Notes: generated from the letters alone by a model not told the origin. A DNA stretch of 64,000 nucleotides from an uncultured Actinomycetota bacterium (GCA_963829525.1 CAWHIJ010000003.1:1088001-1152000); one strand, 5' to 3'; positions 1 to 11,929 are shown, counted from the stretch's first letter. Numbers and translations are program-made.

Positions 1-966
1 CTGAAGCAACAGTGGTTCGAGCCTGTCGCCAGCTGTTGGCGGGACGCCCAGGCCCGGGTGCCCACGCTGCCGACTCCGACCACCTTTCGGGCGACCTGCT
101 TGAGCTCAAACTGCTCAAGGAGATGGCGGCGATCCGTCTGGAGTGTTCTCCTGTAGCGCCGCAGAACATCGTGGAGTCGTTGGCCCAACGCGTCAGCGTC
201 GACACCGGAGAATACTTGCTCGATGGGAACGATCACCGGAGGTTGACTGATGAATCGAGGTTCGCCATCCACCTCCTCTGTCAGCTTTCGTAGGGCCTGG
301 CTGCTGTCACGAGTGTGCGCCTTCGCCAGCGCCTTCTCTGCCTCTTTGTAGCTCGCCTTGTTCAATCTCGACTTGATGTCCTTGAGCCGGTCCTCTACGT
401 CGAGATGGGCGTACCACACCGTCATCACTGATTGTCGCGCAAAGGAACGCATGGCCTCGCGATACTCGGCGACCCCAGCAAGGACGGGAACTTCGCGCTT
501 ACCCTTGCCAGTGAACCCGTTGTCCTCGGCCGGCAACGGTAATGCTCGTAGCCAATCGCTTGACGTCCCATTCGAAGGGGCCAGGGAGCGTCTCGTCGAA
601 ATCGTTGACGTCGAAAACCAGGCGCCGCTCCGGTGACGCGAGCGTCCGAATTGGCCAGGTGTGCGTCGCCGCAGAGCTGGACATAGAGGCCCGACGAAGG
701 GTGTCGCAAGGTCTGCGGCCATTGGCAGCGCCGCGCCACGGTAGAACGTGAAGGGTGAAACCAGCATCCGGCCTCCAGATCGGTACCAGTTCCGGGCCTC
801 GGGACTGTGCCTGGCCAAGGAGGAGGCCGACCGGGTCTCGTTCATCGTCGGGTTCGAACGAACGGTGACTGTTGAGCGGTGCGCGTTGACGGGCTGCCTT
901 CCCCTCGGCTGCGCGCTCCTGACTTGAGCGGTCGGTCACGCTTCGCTCAGTGTTTGTCGCGCTCAT
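1..966 (-). CDS. DUF2252 domain-containing protein (frameshifted; 3' end runs off the window)
   Basis: Motifs across frames: ERAAEGKAAR..P, RDPVGLL, QLCGDAHLAN, LVFDVNDFDETLPGPFEWDVKRLA, and near base 60-110 FELKQVARKVVGVGSVGTRAW. Paralog of the intact gene at 38315-39781. Confidence 0.88.
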
Positions 967-1114
967 GGTGCGCCTCCTATTACCGACTTACGGGCACCGG
1001 GACCCCAGTCCCGTACTGCGGGTCGATGTAGGGCAGTCATAGCACAGTGAGGCTCGGGTGAATTCACCAGACGAAAAGTTCGAATCGCTCATGGTAGTTA
1101 AGCGATCACAGGAC

Positions 1115-1139
1115 GACATCCCCCCGTTAGGGGGATGTC
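1115..1139. promoter_or_regulatory. Perfect inverted repeat GACATCCCCC-N5-GGGGGATGTC in the divergent promoter region
   Basis: 10-bp perfect arms with a 5-nt spacer, between the divergent DUF2252 and DUF6325 genes. Function as an operator is inferred. Confidence 0.5.
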
Positions 1140-1250
1140 TACCGCCGTTCTCTAGCGGGAGAGTGTGAGGTCGCCGCCTCGGAAAAGTGAGGACTGGGTC
1201 TCGATGGCTTTGAACGCAGGTTGTCTGGACTGGAGAATAGAGAGGTCACT

Positions 1251-1697
1251 ATGACCAACGAAGTAGATGAGCTGGGTCCAGTCGACTGGATCGTTGTTGA
1301 GTTCCCGGAAGCAAGTTCAATGGCGAGATCGCGACGGCGCTGGTTGACCTGGTCGATCGCGGCATCATCCGCGTCTAGACCTCGTCCTGCTCCGCAAGGA
1401 TGCCCACGGGACCATCGAGGGATTCGAGCTCAGTGATCTCGATGACAGTGAGATCGGGCAGCTTCGATCTTACGAGGCGGAGCTCGCCTTCTCCTCAGTG
1501 AGGACGATGTTGAGGCGATCGCGCAAGCCGTGGACCCCGGCACTGCCGCTGCGGTACTCGTCTCGAGAACACCTGGGCGGCGCCATTCGCGTCAGCCGTC
1601 CGCGATCCGGCGGGTGTTGTTAGCGAGTGGTCGGATTCCCGTGCAAGCCCTGTTGGCCGCGATCGAGGCGGACGCCGAAGAGAACGAGGAGAACTAA
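1251..1697 (+). CDS. DUF6325 family protein (frameshifted)
   Basis: MTNEVDELGPVDWIVVEFP..KFNGEIA..LVDLVDRGIIRVLDL...ENTWAAPFASAVR...SGRIPVQALLAAIE across frames; RBS GAGAGG upstream. Confidence 0.8.
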
Positions 1698-1698
1698 C

Positions 1699-1839
1699 AT
1701 GCCGCTCGCTAGGAGAAGGACACGTCGAACTGGGTTGTGGGACCCGCTCCGGTGGCTCGCACGACGACCACCGTAACGACTCTGCTGTGTGGCGCACGGA
1801 GTCAACCGTCGTTCTGACCGGCGGGATGATCGGCGCTGA
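1699..1839 (+). CDS. Small basic protein typical of DUF6325 neighbourhoods (frameshifted)
   Basis: ATG 1 nt after the DUF6325 stop, with RBS AGGAG. Reads MPLARRRTRR..GPAPVARTT..VAHGVNRRSDRRDDRR across frames. Confidence 0.5.
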
Positions 1840-1883
1840 GCGATCGCTCACCGTAGGGGGACTACGAGAGAGAGCAGGAAGTC

Positions 1884-2266
1884 ATGTCGCGAGAAGTGAG
1901 TGAGAGAGGTACCGGTGGCGCTCGTGGCAGCGCTCTACATGATCATCGCGGGTTCCTTTGGTTTCCTCCAGGGCATCGCCCTGATCGCCAAGGGAACCTT
2001 CTATGTGCAGCCCCAGAACACTGGGTCAACACCAGCGCATCCACTTGGGGTTGGTGGCTGCTGATCGTCGGACTGATCGTTATTGCCGCCGGCTTCGGGG
2101 TTCTCTCGGGCGCAGCCTGGGCGCGTTGGCTCGGCATCACTTCGTAAGCATCAGGCGCTGACCAACTTTGTGTTCATCCCGGTGCAGCCGTTCTGGGCGA
2201 TCACGTTGATCGCCTTGGAGTTGGGTGATTCACTGACTCTTCGTCCACCGGCGTATCGCAGAATGA
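1884..2266 (+). CDS. DUF7144 family membrane protein (frameshifted)
   Basis: MIIAGSFGFLQGIALI..TWGWWLLIVGLIVIAAGFGVLSGAAWARWLGI..NFVFIPVQPFWAITLIAL. Confidence 0.75.
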
Positions 2267-2403
2267 ACCATGCACTGCTTGCGGCAGCAGACAAGTGTCG
2301 CTGCCGGAAGCAATAACCATCGTGTCGGTAGCCCCGCGTGTCCCTGGTGCGGCGGGACGCAGCGTGCATGGCTAGGGGCTCATCAGCCGATCGAGGAGCG
2401 GAC

Positions 2404-4807
2404 ATGAACGGACCAGATCGAAGCAAGCTCCCGATCCGTCGCCCCGCCTTCAGCGGCGACCGCCCGGACGTTGGATGGGTGCGAGCCGGACTGGGCGCAG
2501 ATCGGTCACGTTCACCCGCCGGATGGCGCGCCGAACGTCCTGGTCGTGCTGATCGACGACGCCGGGTTCGGCAACCCGAGCACGTTCGGCGGCCCGATCG
2601 AGACGCCGAACTACACGCGGATCGCGGAGGGGGGGCTGCGGTACAACCGCTTCCACGTGACGGCGCTGTGCTCGCCGACGCGGGCGGCGCTGCTGACCGG
2701 GCGCAACAGCCACGCCGTCGGCTTCGGGTCGGTCGGCGAGTTCTCGACCGGGTTCCCCGGCTACACGGCGTTCGTGCCGCGACGACTGCGCCCCGTTCCC
2801 GAGGATCCTGCGCGACAACGGCTACAGCACCGCGGCGTTCGGCAAGTGGCACCTGACGCCGGACGGTCAGCAGGGCCCGTCCGGCCCGTTCAACCGCTGG
2901 CCCGTCGGCTGGGGCTTCGACTACTTCTACGGGTTCCTCGGCGGCGGCTCGGGCCAGTGGGATCCGTGCCTGACGGAGAACCAGAAGATCATCGGGACGC
3001 CCGACGAGTTCTACGACGGGGAGGACCCGTACTACCTGCCTGACGACATGGCGGACAAGACGATCGAGTGGCTGCACGCGTCCGGGCGCAGGACGCCGAC
3101 AAGCCGTTCTTCGCCTACTTCTCGACCGGCTGCAGCCACGCGCCGCACCACGTCGCCGAGGAGTGGGCGGCGAAGTACAAGGGCAAGTTCGACCAGGGCT
3201 GGGACAAGCTGCGCGAGGAGGACGTTCGCGCGGCAGAAGGCGCTCGGCGTGATCCCGGCCGACGCCGAGCTGACCGAGCGCGACGACGCGTTCCCCGCGT
3301 GGGACGACGTCCCGGACAAGCTCAAGGCGTACTACGCGCGGCAGATGGAGGTCTACGCCGGCTACTCCGAGAACGCCGACCACAACGTCGGCCGCGTGAT
3401 CGACGCGATCGACGAGCTCGGCGAGCTGGACAACACGCTCGTGATCTGGATCTGGGGTGACAACGGCGCCAGCATGGAGGGCACGATCACCGGCTCGTTC
3501 AACGAGCTGACGATGCAGAACGGCATCCCGCTGACCGACGAGATGCAGCTGCAGCTCGCCGAGCGCTACGGCGGCGTCGAGGCGTGGGGCAACCAGATGA
3601 TGGCCCCGCACTACTCGGCCGCGTGGGCGTGGGCGGGCAACACGCCGTTCAAGTGGGGCAAGCAGGTCGGCTCGCACCTCGGCGGCACCCGCAACCCGAT
3701 GGTCGTCCACTGGCCCGAGCGGATCAGCGAGGACGGCGCGCTGCGGGCGCACTTCACCCACGTGACCGACATCGGCCCGACGATCCTCGACATCGCCGGC
3801 ATCCCGATGCCGACGCACGTCGACGGGATCGAGCAGGAGCCGATGCACGGCGTGACGTTCGCCGACTCGCTGACCGACGCGCGGCGCCCGAGCGCCACAC
3901 CCAGCAGTACTTCGAGACGATCGGCAACCGCGCGATGTACAAGGACGGCTGGTGGCTGGCGATGCGGACCGAGCGGATCCCGTGGGTCCTCACGCCGGAC
4001 GCGCTGAAGCCCTATGCCCCGGCGTGTGGGACCCGGACGAGGACCCGGTCGAGCTGTACTACCTGCCCGACGACTTCACGCAGGCCCACGACCTGGCCGC
4101 CGAGCATCCCGAGAAGGTGCAGGAGCTCAAGGACCTGTTCTGGGCAGGAGGCCGAGAAGTACAAGGTGCTGCCGCTGCTGGCGCCGCTCGCCGGCGTTCT
4201 TCGGCATGTGCCGCCGCTGCCCGCGGGACGAAGCACGAGTTCCGCGGCGACGTGCAGAACGTCCTCTCGGGGATGATCCCGCGGATCTACAACCACTCGT
4301 ACTCGATCAGCGCCGACCTCGTGATCCCAGCGGGCGGCGCCGAGGGCGTGATCGTCGCCGAGGCCGACCACCTGGGCGGGTTCTCGCTGTTCGTCGACGA
4401 CGGCAAGCTGACCCACACGTACTCGATGATGGGCGTGTTCGTCTTCCGCCAGCAGGGCCGAGGAGCCACTGCCCGAGGGCGAGGTGAACGTGCGGATGGA
4501 GTTCGCCGCCGACGCCGCCAAGCCGGCCACCGGCGGCGAGGTCACGCTGTTCATCGACGACGAGCCCGTCGGCAGCGGCCGGATGGACCACACCGTCCCG
4601 ATCCGGTTCTCCGGCTACGCCGGCATGGACATCGGCCGCGACAACGGCGGCGTCGTCGACTGAGCTACGAGGACCGCAAGCCGTTCGCGTTCACCGGCAC
4701 GATCAAGAAGGTCGTGTTCGACGTCGAGCCGCACCTCGCTCGGACGACGAGCACGAGCTCCACACCGCCGTCCACACGGGGCACACCGCCCACGCACTCT
4801 CCGCTGA
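2404..4807 (+). CDS. Cys-type arylsulfatase (AtsA/AtsD-like, with C-terminal extension), frameshifted
   Basis: [14 protein letters not shown], sulfatase signature [45 protein letters not shown] and C-terminal [11 protein letters not shown]. Confidence 0.92.
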
Positions 4808-4832
4808 CGGCTCAGCACAGGAAGGTCACACG

Positions 4833-5348
4833 ATGACGCTCGACGACGAGACGACCGACGTCCTGATCGGCGGCTACCTGTCGAAGGACGCCGCCGAGGA
4901 GGACTACAACGCCGTGCTCGGCTGCGGCGGCGCCTGCACGGCGCGGTCGTCGTCAGCAAGGACCTCGAAGGCAACCTCGACGGTCGAGCAGACCGACCAC
5001 ATGGTCGCCGAGGGCGCCGCGGGCCTCGGCGCGGTCGGCTTCGCCGTCGGCCTGTTCGCGCCGCCGCTGCTCGCCGCGACCGCGGTCGGCGCCGTGATCG
5101 GCGCCGGAGCCGGCAAGCTGCTGCACCACAAGACGACCGAGAAGCTCGGAGAGCAGGCCGGCGAGACGATCCCGATCGGCGGCGCCGGGCTGATCGTGGC
5201 CTACCCGCGCTCAGCGCCGACAGCGTCGAGCCCGCCGTTACCCGCGCGGTCAGAAGGCCGGTCGGCGAGGCCGAAGGGCACCACGTCAAGGCCCTCAAGG
5301 GCGCGATCGCGGACGCCCAGACAGAAGATGGCCCAGCAGCCGGGATGA
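4833..5348 (+). CDS. DUF1269-like membrane-associated protein (frameshifted)
   Basis: Gly/Ala-rich segment GAAGLGAVGFAVGLFAPPLLAATAVGAVIGAGAGKL; directly follows the sulfatase. Confidence 0.7.
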   Translation: MTLDDETTDVLIGGYLSKDAAEEDYNAVLGCGGACTARSSSARTSKATSTVEQTDHMVAEGAAGLGAVGFAVGLFAPPLLAATAVGAVIGAGAGKLLHHKTTEKLGEQAGETIPIGGAGLIVAYPRSAPTASSPPLPARSEGRSARPKGTTSRPSRARSRTPRQKMAQQPG

Positions 5349-5415
5349 AGCGCTACACCGGTGCGAGTGGGATGGGTGACACACACGACCGGGCCGGCGA
5401 GGTCACGTCGAAGCC

Positions 5416-5440
5416 GGCTCGCTGCCAGGTGTGGCGAGCC
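5416..5440. terminator. GC-rich hairpin between convergent genes
   Basis: GGCTCGCTGC-CAGGT-GTGGCGAGCC, a 10-bp stem including two G-U pairs. Confidence 0.4.
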
Positions 5441-5468
5441 CAGGCAGTCCTTACAAGACTCCCGATGG

Positions 5469-5934
5469 TCAGCAGCCTTTCTTGCACCAGTGAACGCGGA
5501 AGTTGTTGATACCACCGATGAAGGGGGCAATGCCCGTGTCCTGCCTTCGCTTAGTCATGATGTCCAGGCGGTACCTAGTGCTTGTGTGGACTTTAGCCCT
5601 AGGGTAAGAGCCGCACACATCTACGGCCCCGCGCAGTCGTACGACTCCATCGTGGTTGGAGTCCACTGCCCTGATCGTCTTCAACGAGTACCAAGCATTC
5701 ACATGCCGATGATGGAGTGGTGTGATGGTCTGGCGTACCACTGCAAGTCCGCGACCAGGGGTCACTCGGACCCTTAGATGCCAGTGGGGCGATTCGCACC
5801 CTTGATATTTACGCGCTGATTGGCGAACGTGAGACGAACTGGTCCGGACGTGGTGGTGTCCGCTGATACTGGTACGGCCACTGTGAGAATGCCCCCAATA
5901 GCAACATCGATAACAGGATCGCAATCTTCCGCAT
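5469..5934 (-). CDS. Hypothetical secreted protein (frameshifted)
   Basis: Signal peptide MRKIAILLSMLLLG..LTVAVPVSA-DTTTS, continuing after indels into HWHLRVRVTPG...FRVHWCKKGC. Confidence 0.5.
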
Positions 5935-6093
5935 GATTTCTCCAACGCGTTGAGCCGTAGCACAGGAGGTCAGGCTAACCCCGCTCGCAGGGACAGGGAC
6001 GTCCAATTAGAGGATCGGGCGGATCTGAGTCTGGGGGCCCCACCGTCGTGCAGCAGTCCCCACCTAGCAGATCCTTCAGATACGGTTTGGCGC

Positions 6094-7457
6094 ATGTCAG
6101 AGTCCTTTGAGATTCCCCGCGTTATGACCGACCTACCGGGGCCTCGTAGTCGTGAGCTCATCGATCGCAAGGACCGGGTACTGAACGGAGCGCTGCGCGA
6201 CTGGTCCGGTGTCCCGTTCATCGAAGGCAAACGGCACGAGTACCTCATCGAGGACGTCGATGGGAACACTTTCGCCGACCACGTCAGCGCGTGGGGTGCG
6301 GCGCCTTATGGCGCGCACCGTCGCAGGTTCGAGAGGCGATGAACACGGCGTGGGATCGCTACGGCATGGAGATAACCAACTACGTCCAAACTGAACCGGT
6401 GATTGAGCTAGCCGAACGCCTCATCTCCTTGGCGCCAGGGCAGATCGCTCGAGTCGCCCCAACGGTCACTGGTACGGAGGCAGTCGAGGGAGCTATCAAG
6501 CTCGCCGCGAGGCCACGGGTCGACCGATGATCCTGAGCTTTCGGGGCAGTATCACGGTGAGTCGACCTACTTGGCGGCGGCGAACTCCACAGACACCTCG
6601 GTGCCCACCACCGGCAACGCGGAGTACGTGCCGGGCTTCGTCTTCGCGCCCTACCCAATCGCTTCCGTGCACCCTTCCACCGGGGTGCCGGGCCCTTCGA
6701 CGACACGCTCTACCTCGACTTCATCGAGAACTGGCTGCTGAGACTGCAGGTCGAACCGGCCCAGATAGCTGGCGTGCTGATCGAGCCCGTTGCCGGTGAG
6801 GCGGGGATTCTCGCGCCGTCGGCGGAGTTCTGGAAAGGGCTCACAGCACTTTGTAAGAAGCACGGTTGGCTGCTCATCCTCGACGAGGTGCAGACGTGCC
6901 TCGGCCGCTGTGGCACGGTTTTCGCCGCAGACCTGTGGGGGCTCGAGCCGGACATCCTGCTGCTGGGGAAAGGGCTGACCGCTGGTGGCCAGGCGATCGC
7001 GGCGATCATGGCGACTGACGAAGTGCTCGCCGACGCGCACACCCACCTTGGTGGCACTTATGCCTGGGAGCCAGCTGCTTGTGCGGCCGCACTTGCCGGT
7101 CTTGACCTGCTCGCCAGCGGCGGTGTCCTGGACAACGTCAAGGCGCTCGACGCGGTGGCCAGGGAGGAGTTGATTCCGCTGATCGAGCGCATGGAGCAGG
7201 TCGGCGACGTACGGCCGCTTGGGGCTTGGGTGACCGTCGAGTTCGTCACCGACAAGCAGTCGATTCACCCCGCTTCGGCGTCCAAGACTTCGGTTCACCA
7301 AGCCGCCACGCGACGCGGTGTGCTCGCAATCAGTGAAGACAACAAGCCGCTCTACCGCATGCAGCCGGCGCTGACCATGCCACCTGAGCTGTTTCGCTGG
7401 TCGTGTCGCCAACTCGCCGAAGCGATCGCGGATGTGGCTGCGGAGCCGCAGGGTTAG
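6094..7457 (+). CDS. Class III PLP-dependent aminotransferase (GabT/4-aminobutyrate aminotransferase-like), frameshifted
   Basis: LPGPRSRELI, IEDVDGNTFAD, TGTEAVEGAIKLA, LIEPVAGEAG, LILDEVQT, LLLGKGL, GGTY; TACGGT -10 box 7 nt before ATG. Confidence 0.9.
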
Positions 7458-7539
7458 ACCAGGGCGATTCACGGATCAAGTCGCCGGGTAGCGCGGGTGG
7501 TTGGACGTTGAGAAGCACCTGCTCGACGCGTATGGCCTG

Positions 7540-8563
7540 TCATCGGATGGACCGGGTCGGGCTCACTCCTGGCAACACGGTACTGGTGCCGTCGACGAAG
7601 GCGATGAACCATCTCTGCTTGGCCCGCTGGGTGTCCTTCAGTGTGAAGCGCACGACCCCTTTGCGGTTGGTCAGCGGCGAACCCACCGACCGCATCACCC
7701 CGGAACCACGGTTGACTCGGAAGACGACAACCTTCGTATTGCGGACTGCGGTGTCGGTGCGAACGAAGACCTGATCGTTGCCGCGTTCGTAGTTGCGCAG
7801 GATCAACCGGCGGATATTGGCTCGCCCGGCGGTCCGGTGAGATGCGCTGGAGATTGTAGTCCATCTGGATCTGCAACGAGGTCACGCACGGCTCGAAGTA
7901 GATGCCATCGGACGCGCACGGCGTTCTTGTTGTGGCGGACCACTGCGGGTGAGGACAGGCTTACGGTCTTCATGCCCGGACAGATGCAGGCGTCCGCCGG
8001 TCTGGTCGGCATTGTGGACGGCGCCTTGCAGGTACGGCCCCGCCAGCCTCAAACTTGAGGATGGGCCAATTGCCGTCCTGACCTGGACGCCCATTGGACT
8101 GCGCCCCGACGATGGGTCCCGGATAGATCCCCCACTTGAACCCGTTCATCAGGCTCTTCTCTGGGGTCTCGACTCCGAAGTAAGCCGGGAACCCGGGGTA
8201 CCCGCTGGTTGGTGCGTAGTGGAAGTTGTAGTCCTGGCAGGAGCCTTGTGGTGCGTAGCGGGTCATGGTCGACGTGACTGCCAAATCACTGGTGGATGAG
8301 TAGAGGTATGCGTCGAACAGCTGCGATGCCGAGCCTTGACGCGGCCGCAGGGTCACGCTGCCGAACAGGTGACTCTCGTCGTAGTGGCCAGGTGTCATGT
8401 CGCTGTCCGACTCCGACGCACTGACGTCGAACGTCAAAGTCAGGGTGCCGGAGAACTCAGGCGGGAGGCTAGTTTGGCGGACATGCGACGTCGATGGTTC
8501 GGCGAACGATTGCGGCGTTGCCACTGGCAGAGCGGCTACGCACAGGAGTACTACACCGGGCAT
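7540..8563 (-). CDS. Hypothetical secreted beta-rich protein (frameshifted)
   Basis: Signal-like VVLLCVAALPVATPQSFA-EP and a basic C-terminal beta domain (VFVRTD..KVVVFRVNR..TNRKGVVRFTLKD). The true start may lie slightly upstream. Confidence 0.5.
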
Positions 8564-8743
8564 CCCAACACGGGCACTCCGTGGGCAAGCATCGCGACCC
8601 CTCGTTAAGCGACTGTAGAGCGGCGGTCACACGTCGGCTACCGGTTCGACCAAATCTGACCTGCCGTGCGGTGGTTCTCTGATTAGGTGCGGGCAGCGTG
8701 GGCAGGAGAATTGCAGCGTCTGGAACGTCTGGCGCCTAGAGAA

Positions 8744-9747
8744 GTTAACCCCTGGTGGAGGCACAAGACCGCAGAACCGGTGTGACGATCCCGCCGCCGC
8801 TCGACACCATTGCGACCGTTCATGAGCGCGACGAGCAGGTCCACAGCTTCTGTCCCCGCGAGCCGAGGTTGAAGGCTCACCGTCGTCACAGGTGGGTCAG
8901 TGTTCTCGTAGGCGGATCTCACTGATGCAGCCGACCAAGAGGTCACCGGGCACCCGACAGGACTGTTCGCGCGCCGCCGCCAAGATGTTGTGTCCGGAAT
9001 CTGTGTAGATTCCAAACAGCGCGTCTGGGGGACTGTCCGATATCGGCAGTCTGTTGGCTGCAGCCCGCTCTGATTGAACGTAGTCATCAGCCAGCGCGAA
9101 CTTCTCGACACACGGTTCTATCTCGGCCCTCTCACACCAGCCGAGGAGTGCATCGAGCACCTGTTCGGGGTAGGCGTCGTCATGGTCTGGCATCAAATAG
9201 CCGACCCGGTGCGCCAGGCGTCACGAAACCGCTGCATCAGCAGCTCGATGGCGACGGTGTGGTCTGTGTCAACCCAAGAATCGAGTCGGCCGGCTTTCAA
9301 CGGCCGCCCGACACTCACCATCGGGATACCCCGCTGCAGCAGGATCTCGCGGACTGGGTCGTTCTCGCGTGGTTCGCTGTCAATAACACCGTCGAGTGGA
9401 GCCGTCATCCACAACCAGGGCGAGATCAAGCTGGGCATCACCTGCAACAGATACCCGCGATCGTTGGCCGCACCGATGGCGGCCAGTACCAGGTCGGCGT
9501 AATACGGGATTTCGGTATAGGCAACTGCACGTTCGCCGAACGTCGTCATCGTGAGGCCAAGGACCCCACTACCCCCGTGATTGAGCGCTCGCAGGGAGTT
9601 CTCGGTTAGTAACTCAAGCGTCTGGCTGCGGCAATCACACGAAGGCGCGTCGGTTCGGAAAGGCGCCCGTGCCGTTGATGACGTTCGAGACCGTTGCCGT
9701 CGACACCCCTGCCTCTGCAGCGACCTGCCTCAAGGTCGGACGGCCAT
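8744..9747 (-). CDS. LacI family transcriptional regulator (frameshifted)
   Basis: HTH MAVRPTLRQVAAEAGVSTATVSNVING..LSEPTRLRVIAAARRLSY; C-terminal PDALF, VPGDL, PPVTTV. Confidence 0.88.
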
Positions 9748-9780
9748 CGCTCCGTCGAGGCAAATCTCCTCCCACCCCTT

Positions 9781-9800
9781 GTGGTTAACGCCTTAATCAC
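9781..9800. promoter_or_regulatory. Candidate LacI operator, imperfect palindrome GTGGTTAACGCCTTAATCAC
   Basis: 16 of 20 positions match its own reverse complement; AT-rich; lies between the divergent LacI and amidohydrolase genes. Confidence 0.6.
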
Positions 9801-9857
9801 GCACTGTACGCGGCATCGGCAATGGCACGTGCGGTTGCTGCGCGACGAGGAGGGTCA

Positions 9858-11737
9858 ATGTCCAAGGAAATCGGTCGTCGAGGGTTTCTCGCTGGAGTCG
9901 GGGCGGCGGGCCTGCTCACGGCAACCGGACTACCGGCGAGGGCGGGAAACCGCACAACCGGAAGTCGCACAGCCGTTAGAACCCTCATCGTCAACGGCAA
10001 CGTCTTCACCGGGACGAATGGCCCTGCGCCAGCCTCCGCTGTTGCCATCGGTGTCGACGGCTGCATCGTCGGGGTTGGCAGCAATGCCGAGATGCGTCGG
10101 CTTGTCGGATCGAGCACCGAGGTCATCGACGCTGCGGGGGGCACGGTCATGGCTGGGATCCACGACGGCCACATGCACCCACTGCCGGCCGCCGAGCAGT
10201 CGCTCAATCCCTCGCTTGACAACGCAGAGCTCACCGTGCCAGAGCTGCAGGCAGCGTTGCAGGCGATGCTCGATGCGACCAGCGACAAGGAGCCCGGCGG
10301 CTGGCTGCAAGTGACCAACTGGAACCCGGTGGGACTGCTTCGGCCGGGACGGTCGCCAACAAGTCGTTCCTAGACGCGTTGAACACACAACGCCCCATCT
10401 ACCTGCAGGGCTCGGACTTCCACAACTCCTTCGTCAACAGCCGTGCTCTGGAACTGGCCGGCGTTGACAACTCGACGCCAAACCCGGCCGGCGGCGAAAT
10501 CGTCCGCGATGGGACGGGAGACGCCACCGGACTGCTGAAGGACAACGCGCAATGGATGGTGGCCGCGGTGATTCCTCCCCCTTCGGACGAGGAGCTGGCG
10601 GTTGCCTACCAAGAAATGGGGACGTACCTGCTGGCGAACGGCATCACGTCGTTCATGGACGCGGCGTCAAGCCGAGGCTCCTTGCGCGTGTACCGCGATC
10701 TTCTCGGCAACGGAGTCCTCAAGCAGAACGTCATCCCAGCCATCGTCGTCGGCCCCACGCTCGCCAAGTCCCCCATTGATGCCGCCGAGCTGCTAGCGAA
10801 TCTCCGCGCCCGATTCGGCGACGTGCCGGGACTCCACCTGTCCACAGCGAAGGTATTCATGGATGGCGTCATGGAGTTCCCGGCGCAGACGGCCGCTCTG
10901 CTCAAGCCTTACCTCGACGACGATGGCCAACCCACTGACAACTACGGCGACCTATATGTCAGTGACCAGCACTTTGGTCCACTGGTCAGCGAACTCGATC
11001 GGCAGGGCTGGCAGGTACACAGTCACGCGATTGGCGACCGAGCCGTCCGCACGGCCCTCAACGGGTACGAGCAAGCCCTGCGGACCAACGGCCCCAGTGT
11101 GAACCGACACACCATCGCCCACCTCCAGTTGGTCCATCCTGCTGACTACGCACGCTTCGGCAAGCTCGGCGTGCTCGCCTGCATGCAACTTCAGTGGGCG
11201 GTGCGCAACTTCTGGACGCTCGACGCTCTTCGCCCGTACATCGGTGAGAAACGCTTCAACCGCCTCTACCCCGCTCACAGCATGGTCTCGGCTGGCGCTC
11301 GGTTGTCTGGGGGATCGGACTGGCCGGTAGACCCGTTGAGCCCGTTCAACCAGATCGCAACCGCAGTCGATCGAACCACCACCGACAGCACCGATCCCAC
11401 CCCGCTTGACGCCGAAGAGGGAATCTCGCTTCAACACTCGCTCCGAATGCACACCAGGTCGAGCGCATTCCAGATGCACAGCCCGACCACCGGCACCATC
11501 AGTGTCGGAAAACGAGCAGACCTCATCGTTTTGGACCGAGACATCACCAGCGAACCGATCGACGAGATCCGTGGCGCCCTCGTCAACCACACCTTGATTC
11601 AGGGTCAGATGGTTTACGACGCCTCGTCGACGACCGCTCGAAAGGTTCTTCGCAAGATGGGTGCGCTCGGAACGGGCACTAAGAGCGGTCCCTTCGGCCG
11701 CCATTCCTGCTGCGCCCCGAAAGGAGCCGGATCCTGA
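9858..11737 (+). CDS. Tat-exported amidohydrolase 3 (YtcJ-like), one frameshift near 10340-10375
   Basis: Twin-arginine IGRRGFLAG, GIHDGHMHP, KVFMDG, HSHAIGDRAV, RHTIAHLQ, GSDWPV, GKRADLIVLDRD. Confidence 0.9.
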
Positions 11738-11875
11738 AGCGGCTGTGAACCCTGGCTAACTCCGGGGCTGCGCTTGCCTATTGAGAGGGACCATACATCC
11801 CGGCGAAGGCGTGGAGCCGTCTGCAGAGTTCAGGGCCATCCCAGGCATCGACCGGCCCGTGAGGCGCCCTTGAGG

Positions 11876-11895
11876 ACTTGAAGAATCCATCATGT
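11876..11895. promoter_or_regulatory. Candidate ArsR autoregulatory operator ACTTGAAGAATCCATCATGT
   Basis: Imperfect palindrome (14 of 20) about 35 nt upstream of the ArsR start. Confidence 0.5.
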
Positions 11896-11929
11896 GCGAA
11901 GATGCTGTGGTGATCGGACGTGGACGCTG

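Noticed and set aside
2151-3848. 565-aa minus-strand ORF and similar long antisense ORFs (e.g. 27221-28585, 39778-41034)
   Set aside because: Shadow ORFs of high-GC genes on the opposite strand, with no motifs.
11780-11802. DosR/DevR box upstream of the Ehr operon (GGGACCATACATCCC)
   Set aside because: Only the left half matches GGGAC-N4-GNCCC. A similar weak match before the ATPase operon is also unconvincing.
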